A DNA stretch of 64,000 nucleotides from an uncultured delta proteobacterium. Lineage in GTDB: Bacteria; Desulfobacterota; Binatia; Binatales; Binataceae. A program made the translations under genes and the position numbers. This document shows, piece after piece, positions 9,448 through 16,152 of this stretch. The notes below the pieces were generated by a model. It worked only from the letters and a program-made list of their open reading frames with translations, was not told the DNA's origin and ran no database searches. Location: positions 256,001 to 320,000 of the forward strand of contig CAVRVY010000001.1 in the NCBI GenBank assembly GCA_963724765.1. Reading direction: 5' to 3'. The first letter of the stretch is position 1; the number at the start of each line of letters is the position of its first letter.

Positions 9448-9535
9448 CGCGGCGTGCCGGAAATTGGCAGACGGACCGGTCTTGGATGTCGGCGGGCATA
9501 GTCTCGTGCGGGTTCGACTCCCGCCGCCGCGACCA
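9448..9535 (+). tRNA. Atypical tRNA: UGG (Pro) anticodon on a class II, Leu-like body with a long variable arm
   Basis: Acceptor CGCGGCG/CGCCGCG + ACCA; D arm CCG-GAAATTGGCAGA-CGG; anticodon stem CCGGT/GTCGG with loop CT-TGG-AT; 15-nt variable region; T arm GCGGG-TTCGACT-CCCGC. Confidence 0.9.
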
Positions 9536-9543
9536 TTTTTTAC

Positions 9544-9572
9544 TTGACACAAGTATCATGATAGAGTAGAGT
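9544..9572 (+). promoter_or_regulatory. Sigma70 promoter of the transposase (probably a leaderless transcript)
   Basis: TTGACA (9544-9549), 17 bp, TAGAGT (9567-9572), 6 nt, ATG 9579; no Shine-Dalgarno sequence. Confidence 0.7.
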
Positions 9573-9578
9573 TACATC

Positions 9579-10610
9579 ATGGCAAAGGGGCAAAGAAAAG
9601 CGGGGTCTGATAAGTCGGCCATCGTGGCCGCGCTGCCAAAGGCCTGCGCTGATGAACCAGCGGCGGTCGAGTTCATCGAATCATTGCGGTGGGGCGTGAC
9701 GGGCCCGTGCTGCCTGCATTGCGGCGACACCGATGTTTACAAAATGACAGACCGCAAGACTGGCCAGCGCAACAGGCGCTTTCTGTGGAAGTGTAACGGC
9801 TGCCAGAAGCAATACACCGTTCGCGTTGGCACCGTGATGGAAGATAGCCGAATTCCGCTGCGCCATTGGGCATACGCGCTGTGGAAATCCTGTTCATCGA
9901 AGAAGGGCGTCAGCGCGTTGCAGATCAAGCGCGAGACCGGACTGACCTATAAATCGGCGCTGTTCATGATGCATCGCATCCGCTTCGGTATGGCCGAAGA
10001 TTGGACCGGGCAACCCAAGCTGAGCGGGACCGTGGAAGCCGATGAAACCTACGTCGGCGGCAAGCCGCGAAACAAGCATCCGCAAGGGCGACCGGGACCA
10101 CGAAAGGGTTGGCAGGATAAAAAGACTGCGGTGGCCGCATTAGTTGAGCGTGGTGGCAAGATCCGCTCATTCGTCACTGTGAACGTGACTGCCGCGAACG
10201 TGGGTAAGATTCTCCAAGAGAACGTAACAACGGATTCGCACCTGATGACTGACAGCTCTCCGATCTACCGCAGCGGAATCGGAAAGCCATTTGCGAGCCA
10301 CGGCATGACCGACCATTCCAAGGGCGAGTACGCGAAGCCGGATGGCACACACAGCAATACGGTTGAATCCGCCTTCTCATTGCTCAAGCGCGGCATCTAT
10401 GGAACTTTCCACAACGTCAGCCGCAAACATTTGCATCGTTACGTCGCCGAGTTTGATTTCCGCTGGAACGCGCGAAAAGTGGACGATGGCGAGCGATTGG
10501 CGCGCGCGATCCGAAGCGCGGAAGGTAAGCGGCTGCGGTACAAGGAACCATTGGCGACTTTGCCTCCGACCCCCGCACAAGGCAGACCATTTGAAACATT
10601 GCGCGGATAA
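9579..10610 (+). CDS. IS1595-family DDE transposase
   Basis: Zn ribbon CLHCG...CNGC, KKGVSALQIKRE HTH, VEADETY, MTDSSPIY, HSNTVES, YVAEFDFRWN. Confidence 0.95.
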   Translation: MAKGQRKAGSDKSAIVAALPKACADEPAAVEFIESLRWGVTGPCCLHCGDTDVYKMTDRKTGQRNRRFLWKCNGCQKQYTVRVGTVMEDSRIPLRHWAYALWKSCSSKKGVSALQIKRETGLTYKSALFMMHRIRFGMAEDWTGQPKLSGTVEADETYVGGKPRNKHPQGRPGPRKGWQDKKTAVAALVERGGKIRSFVTVNVTAANVGKILQENVTTDSHLMTDSSPIYRSGIGKPFASHGMTDHSKGEYAKPDGTHSNTVESAFSLLKRGIYGTFHNVSRKHLHRYVAEFDFRWNARKVDDGERLARAIRSAEGKRLRYKEPLATLPPTPAQGRPFETLRG

Positions 10611-10627
10611 GCTGTCGAGCCAACAGG

Positions 10628-13600
10628 ATGAGTAAGACAATCGACCAAGGCAAAGAAGAAATTGCGGCGCTCTGCCGATACTTCACTACTAACCGGCGGG
10701 AGTTTAACCCCGGAGCCAAAGAAGCCCACATCCGTCAAACATTGATCGACCCTTTCTTTGAAGCCCTAGGCTGGGATGTCCGTAACAAGACAATGGCTGC
10801 GCCTCAGTACCGGGAAGTCATTCCCGAGGACAGCCTAGACGTGGAAGGGCAACAAAAGGCCCCGGATTATACCTTCCGCGTCGGCACCTTGCCGAAGTTT
10901 TACGTCGAAGCCAAGAAGTGCGGTGTCAATATCGGTGCGGACTCGGGTCCGGCCTTCCAGCTTCGTCGATATGGATGGAGCGCCAAACTCGGGTTGTCCG
11001 TTCTCACCAACTTTGAGGAACTCGCCATTTACGATTGCACCGCCCGCCCGCGTCAGAGCGACAAAGCGAGCAATGCGAGAATCCAGTTCTTCCGCTACGA
11101 CGAATATCCCGACCGTTGGCGTGAATTGTGGGACCTGTTTTCCCGCGAAGCGGTCTGGTCCGGGGCGTTTGACCAGTACGTCGCGTCCAAGCGGAAACGT
11201 GGTACGTCCGAAGTAGATGCGGAGTTTTTGAAAGAAATGGAGAGCTGGCGGCTCGCGCTGGCCGGAAATATCGCCCTTCGAAACAAAAACCTGTCTTTGG
11301 ACGATCTGAACGCTGCAGTGCAACTCACGATTGACAGGGTGGTATTCCTTCGCATGGCGGAAGACCGAGGGCTAGAGCCTTACGAGCAACTTCTGAAGCT
11401 CTGCGAACGGCCCGGCATTTACCCGCGCTTCATTCGCGGTATATGCCGCAGGGCTGACCAAAAGTACAACTCTGGGCTGTTCCATTTCCAGAAGGAAAGC
11501 GGGGTATCCGAAGACCCCGACCGGATCACGCCGAAGCTGGCGACGGATGACAAGATTTTCAAGCCGATCCTTGAAAGCCTGTATTTCTCCCACGGCTCGC
11601 CCTATCACTTCGGTGTTCTACCCGTCGAAATCCTTGGAACCGTCTATGAACGGTTCTTGGGCAAGGTGATCCGGTTAACGGCAGGCCACCACGCAAGGAT
11701 TGAAGAAAAACCTGAAGTGCGCAAAGCCGGTGGCGTCTACTACACACCAGCTTACATTGTCGATTACATCGTCAAGCACACCGTCGCCGCGCAGATTGAA
11801 GGGCGAAGTCCCACACAACTGGCCGGGGAAAAGGACAGAGCGCCTTTCCGTGTCTTGGACATGGCTTGCGGAAGTGGATCGTTCCTGTTGAGTGCCTATC
11901 GGTGCCTTCTGGACTACTGCCTGAATTGGTACATCGAACACAAGCCGGACAACTTTAGGAAGGCCGTTTACAAGGACCCCCGCAACGGTCAATGGAGACT
12001 CAAGATAGAGGAAAAGAAACGGATTCTTACGACGCATATCTTCGGCGTGGACATCGACCTTCAGGCCGTGGAAGTATCTAAGCTGTCTCTGTTGCTGAAG
12101 GTGTTGGAAGGCGAAACGGATCAGAGTCTGTCTTTGAGCCAGCTTCCCTTTGGCGACCGCGCCCTGCCTAATCTGGCAGACAACATTAAGTGCGGCAATT
12201 CTCTAATCGGCCCGGATTATTTCACCGACAAGCTGTTTCTCGACCCCGAGGAAATGAAGCGGGTCAATCCGCTTGACTGGAAACAGCGCTTCCCCGATAC
12301 GATAAAGAGTGGAGGCTTTGATTGTATCATCGGCAACCCGCCGTACCTAAAAATTGAACATATTGTCGAAGGTGACCGGAAATATTTTTCGCTAGGCTTC
12401 GCCTCCTTCATGAAGAGATACGACACCTACGGGCTATTCGTCGAGCGTTCGCTTGTCCTTCTCAAGCCAAAGGGCCTGTTCGGCATGATTATTCCTTCGA
12501 CGATTTTGAACAACCTTAGCTTCAGCCAGCTTCGTAAGATGCTGGTCGAATTAACGTCCATCTCTTCGATAGTCAATTTGGGCGGAAAGGTCTTCCAAGG
12601 AGTAAACAACGATACCGTCATCTTGACTTTCGCAAAGGGAAAGGACCCCGTCGGCACAACGCAGATTCTCGACGTGCAGAAGTATGGTGGCGGGTTGGCA
12701 ACAGCGGCAGCTATCGGTACGAAGGATTTGTCTCGCGCGGCGGCGCCCCCGCAATATGTGTTTGAACTACGCATGTCGAAGGCGGCAGACTCCATCCTCG
12801 CTAAAATGCGCAGCGGCGGTCTGGCTCTTGGTGAAATCTGCTCATGCTTTCAAGGCTTCGTTACTGGGGGGAATGATGCCTACATTGTGGACTCAAAAAG
12901 TATCCGCGACGAAAACCTCGAAAAAGAGGTGTGCAAACCCGCTGTCTTTGGCGACCAAGTGTCCCGCTACGGCAGGCCGAGCCCCCAAGGATTCGTCATT
13001 TACCTGACCAGAGACAGCAATCTGGATGAATTTCCCAACATTAAGGCAAGGCTTGAACCTCACAAGGCCAACCTCAAAACGAAGCGAGAAGTGAAACTAG
13101 GAAGGCAGCCGTGGTACTCGCTGCACTGGCCTCGCGTTCAAGAAAATTTTGAACGTTCCCCGAAGATTTTGGTACAAGCAATAAGAAACTTAGCATTGAA
13201 AAGACGGATAATCGCCACGCTGGACTCTCGAGGTCTCTACGCCGATCACACGCTTAACGTGCTGTACACGGAGCATCAAGAATATGACATTATATTCGTG
13301 CTGGGTATTCTGAATTCCGCGCTTGTGAATTTCCTGTTCTCGAAGAAGTATATCGACATCAACATCAAAGGCGTGTATCTTACCGAGGCCCCCATTCCCA
13401 GAATTAACTTCTCTGCTCCTGCCGACAGAAAACGCCATGACCAAATGGTAACGCTGGTTAATTCGATACTCGGATTGCACAACGAAGTGGCCGAGACGAA
13501 GTCCGCCGCACAAAAGGCCATCCTTCAGCGCCAGATTGATTCGACGGACGCCGAGATCGACCGGCTCGTATATGATCTGTACGGCCTGACGGCTGAAGAG

Positions 13601-13657
13601 ATCGCGACAGTGGAAGGAGCAACCGCGAGCGTCAACCGAGTGAGCGTCCAAGAATGA
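10628..13657 (+). CDS. Type IIG (Eco57I-like) restriction endonuclease-N6-adenine methyltransferase fusion
   Basis: N-terminal PDY...VEAKK nuclease motif, GVYYTP, VLDMACGSGSFL (motif I), IIGNPPY (motif IV), TaqI-C-like TRD and EIDRLVYDLYGLT tail. Confidence 0.92.
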   Translation: MSKTIDQGKEEIAALCRYFTTNRREFNPGAKEAHIRQTLIDPFFEALGWDVRNKTMAAPQYREVIPEDSLDVEGQQKAPDYTFRVGTLPKFYVEAKKCGVNIGADSGPAFQLRRYGWSAKLGLSVLTNFEELAIYDCTARPRQSDKASNARIQFFRYDEYPDRWRELWDLFSREAVWSGAFDQYVASKRKRGTSEVDAEFLKEMESWRLALAGNIALRNKNLSLDDLNAAVQLTIDRVVFLRMAEDRGLEPYEQLLKLCERPGIYPRFIRGICRRADQKYNSGLFHFQKESGVSEDPDRITPKLATDDKIFKPILESLYFSHGSPYHFGVLPVEILGTVYERFLGKVIRLTAGHHARIEEKPEVRKAGGVYYTPAYIVDYIVKHTVAAQIEGRSPTQLAGEKDRAPFRVLDMACGSGSFLLSAYRCLLDYCLNWYIEHKPDNFRKAVYKDPRNGQWRLKIEEKKRILTTHIFGVDIDLQAVEVSKLSLLLKVLEGETDQSLSLSQLPFGDRALPNLADNIKCGNSLIGPDYFTDKLFLDPEEMKRVNPLDWKQRFPDTIKSGGFDCIIGNPPYLKIEHIVEGDRKYFSLGFASFMKRYDTYGLFVERSLVLLKPKGLFGMIIPSTILNNLSFSQLRKMLVELTSISSIVNLGGKVFQGVNNDTVILTFAKGKDPVGTTQILDVQKYGGGLATAAAIGTKDLSRAAAPPQYVFELRMSKAADSILAKMRSGGLALGEICSCFQGFVTGGNDAYIVDSKSIRDENLEKEVCKPAVFGDQVSRYGRPSPQGFVIYLTRDSNLDEFPNIKARLEPHKANLKTKREVKLGRQPWYSLHWPRVQENFERSPKILVQAIRNLALKRRIIATLDSRGLYADHTLNVLYTEHQEYDIIFVLGILNSALVNFLFSKKYIDINIKGVYLTEAPIPRINFSAPADRKRHDQMVTLVNSILGLHNEVAETKSAAQKAILQRQIDSTDAEIDRLVYDLYGLTAEEIATVEGATASVNRVSVQE

Positions 13658-13806
13658 CCAAGAAGCAGAAGACCGAGCGAAAGCCTCCCGGCCCCGCACC
13701 CGAAGTGCTGAAAATCGAGGGCGACTGGAAAGACGCCATGAAACAGCTGATTTCCAAGAAGCGCCCAGTCGGTGGTCGGCCCAAGATCGAAAAGAAACGC
13801 GGCTGA
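13654..13806 (+). CDS. Small basic hypothetical protein (50 aa, not in the ORF track)
   Basis: ATGA overlap with the RM stop; MTKKQKTERKPPGPAPEVLKIEGDWKDAMKQLISKKRP... Confidence 0.6.
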   Translation: MTKKQKTERKPPGPAPEVLKIEGDWKDAMKQLISKKRPVGGRPKIEKKRG

Positions 13807-13837
13807 ACGATCGTCCCCAACACAGGAGGCACGAACG

Positions 13838-14011
13838 ATGGCCAAGGTAGCCTCGTATCATACGAACTCGATGGAGTATCCGCCCAGCCACCGGAACGTT
13901 TACCACGATCACGACGATTGCCCATATGGGAAGCGCATTAAGCCACAACACCTCATTCGCAACTCGACCGGGGGCAAGCCGCGCTGCGATGAGTGCATCA
14001 AGCTGGGCTAA
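13838..14011 (+). CDS. Small His/Cys-rich putative zinc-binding protein (57 aa)
   Basis: RBS AGGAGG; VYHDHDDC...RCDEC. Confidence 0.7.
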   Translation: MAKVASYHTNSMEYPPSHRNVYHDHDDCPYGKRIKPQHLIRNSTGGKPRCDECIKLG

Positions 14012-14373
14012 TTGCGTGCTCTAAATACGATTTCCCAATGCGGTCCGTTCGGCTCGTTGCCGTCCAGTATGGACCAGATGCGCCGCAGGAACAGGATCGG
14101 CAGCCCGTAGGCTAGGCAGACACCGACAGCGCGCCAGCCCGCTTCGGGCGTTCCGTAAAACCTGACGCTCGGCTCTGGGTAGGAGTGCCCCGGGCCGCCT
14201 TCGCAGGACTCGAACGTTTCGATCCCTTCGGCTTGGAGCCGTTCGACGGCTTTGCGGATGCCGGGATCTAGCCCTCGAAGGTCGCCGTTCAGCCATGCCG
14301 GTGGATGCTGATCTGTAGGCAGCGGCGACGCTTTCCAAAGCTTACCGCGTTTCGATTTCTTGTTTTTCGACAT
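14008..14373 (-). CDS. Hypothetical protein with a LDPGI...GIETFESCEG motif
   Basis: 121-aa ORF just inside the right end of the element, converging on the small Zn protein. Confidence 0.7.
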   Translation of the reverse strand: MSKNKKSKRGKLWKASPLPTDQHPPAWLNGDLRGLDPGIRKAVERLQAEGIETFESCEGGPGHSYPEPSVRFYGTPEAGWRAVGVCLAYGLPILFLRRIWSILDGNEPNGPHWEIVFRARN

Positions 14374-14423
14374 CGGAGATTCAATTAGGCCGACTTAACG
14401 ATGTATTAGTGAGACTTTCGGGG

Positions 14424-14446
14424 ATTGCGTTAAGTACATACTCCCG
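14424..14446 (-). repeat. Right terminal inverted repeat of the IS1595 element
   Basis: attgcgttaagtacatactcccg, followed by the target duplication GTTAGAAT (14447-14454). Confidence 0.92.
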
Positions 14447-15090
14447 GTTAGAATTCATCCCGCTCCGCCACGCAGTCCCAGATTTGATGATTCTCCGGGC
14501 ATAACCGCAAAAAGCGCGCGTGTGGGGGGGGCGATGCGCCCGCCCACCGACACCGGAGAGAGCTCAGATGTCGAATTATGCCGCGTCGCTTCGATTTTCT
14601 CTCTGTAGGCGAGGAATTCGGTGCCGATGCCCTGGGTGAACACATTACACGATAGAAATCTGCGGACATCGCGAGCGGTGAATTTCATGACGCCAAGCGC
14701 CCTGCGCGGGCATCCGCGCATGGATTTGCAGCTGCGGCCGCTTGCCGCAACTGAGGCAACAGCAGCTAATGGCGAAGAGTGACGACTTCCAGTTCCGGGT
14801 CCACCCGGTTCCGGAGCCGGCAGGTCAGCAAAAGAACCGATCGCAGACATGAGCGCGGTGGAGTCCCGCCAGAAGCCGGGACTGGCGTGCAATCAGTTGG
14901 ACAGGTCGGAAATTCGGCGCATCCTTGCTCAGGGAGAGCTCGTTCGAACGTGTTTATAGGAAGCCGTATACGCCTCGAGGATTCGGCGCAGGCGCAATTC
15001 GCCGAACACGGTGAAGTGATGCAGGCACTCTCGGTTACATTTAGGTAACAAAGCAACCTTCCTCAAAGGAGAGGACACGCATATGCCCCT

Positions 15091-15360
15091 GAAAAGAGCG
15101 AGGTCATCCGACTCATCCAAGAAGCCATCGATATCCGCAAAGATACGCTGCACTCTCACACCACAAGGCCAGAAGAACCAAATCAAAAGAGGCAAAAGCG
15201 GGCGAAGGGTCCAAGAAGTGGATATTCAAATCAAGACTGAGGACGTTGATCTCTTCGATGTCGATGAAGATGGGAATCTATCCTTCACGCTCGCCATCAC
15301 ACAACTCGACGACATACCCGAAAAGAGCGAGGTCATCCGACTCGTCCAAGAAGCCATCGA
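15091..15360 (+). repeat. 41-bp direct repeat pair (15091-15131 and 15320-15360)
   Basis: GAAAAGAGCGAGGTCATCCGACTC(A/G)TCCAAGAAGCCATCGA, 40/41 identical. Confidence 0.9.
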
Positions 15361-15413
15361 AAAAAAGAAGAGTACGACGGCGCTGCAGTCGCGGGACGAC
15401 GAGTAGCTTCGCC

Positions 15414-15845
15414 ATGCTCGCAGGACAACTCGCACTCATTGCCGCCGCGCTGTTTGCCGGAGCGGCCGTCTACATAAACGTCGCGGAACAACCCGCCCGC
15501 CTAGATCTCGGCGATGGCGCGCTCCTGACCGAATGGAAATCCGCCTATAAGCGTGGCTTTGCCATGCAGGCACCGTTGGTCCTCGTCGGGTTTCTCTTGG
15601 GTTTAATGGCGTGGTGGCAGATGAAAGATTGGCGCTGGTTTTTCGGCGCTGTTGCCCTTGCTGCCAACTGGCCCTACACGCTCTTCGCCATCATGCCGAC
15701 CAACAACCAGCTCAAGGCCATTAACTCGGCGAGTGCAGGATCGACGAGCCGCACGCTAGTTGAAAAATGGGGCAGGTTGCACGCCGTACGTTCCGTGCTC
15801 GGCTTTGCCGCGACGCTCATTTTCCTTTGGGCGTCGATGAGCTGA
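15414..15845 (+). CDS. DUF1772 / anthrone oxygenase-family membrane protein
   Basis: LFAGAAVYINVAEQPAR, ANWPYTLFAIMPTN, WGRLHAVRS. Confidence 0.85.
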   Translation: MLAGQLALIAAALFAGAAVYINVAEQPARLDLGDGALLTEWKSAYKRGFAMQAPLVLVGFLLGLMAWWQMKDWRWFFGAVALAANWPYTLFAIMPTNNQLKAINSASAGSTSRTLVEKWGRLHAVRSVLGFAATLIFLWASMS

Positions 15846-16152
15846 ACCCCTCACGATTTTGCGACGCACCGTCAGGCGAAGGGGCGGCTTCTGACCGTGC
15901 TCAGGAGGAATCGACGACATCAATCCCGAACTCGCGCACTTCGGCCTCCGAGCGTCTCGGGAAAAGCTCGAAGTCGGGCCGACGAAATTTCTCCCATCGC
16001 GTCGACCGGATGGATTCGCGTAAAGCCGAGCCGGCGCCTGCACGAGCAGGAGCTAATTCAGGAACGCAACCACCGCGCGTTCTAGTAGCCCACCCGCAAC
16101 CTTCCGTCACACTGGACGAAGTTTTCGGTAGCCACAGGCAGTCAATAACCTG

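Larger units (their letters stand above)
8206..14446 (+). mobile_element. IS1595-family transposon with passenger genes (6241 bp)
   Basis: Terminal IRs CGGGAGTATATACTTAACGCAAT (8206-8228) and CGGGAGTATGTACTTAACGCAAT (reverse complement of 14424-14446), 22/23 identical; flanking 8-bp direct repeat GTTCGAAT/GTTAGAAT; internal IS1595 transposase. Confidence 0.92.

Noticed and set aside
15091-15360. Possible CRISPR mini-array
   Set aside because: Only two repeats, a 188-nt spacer, no cas genes in the window
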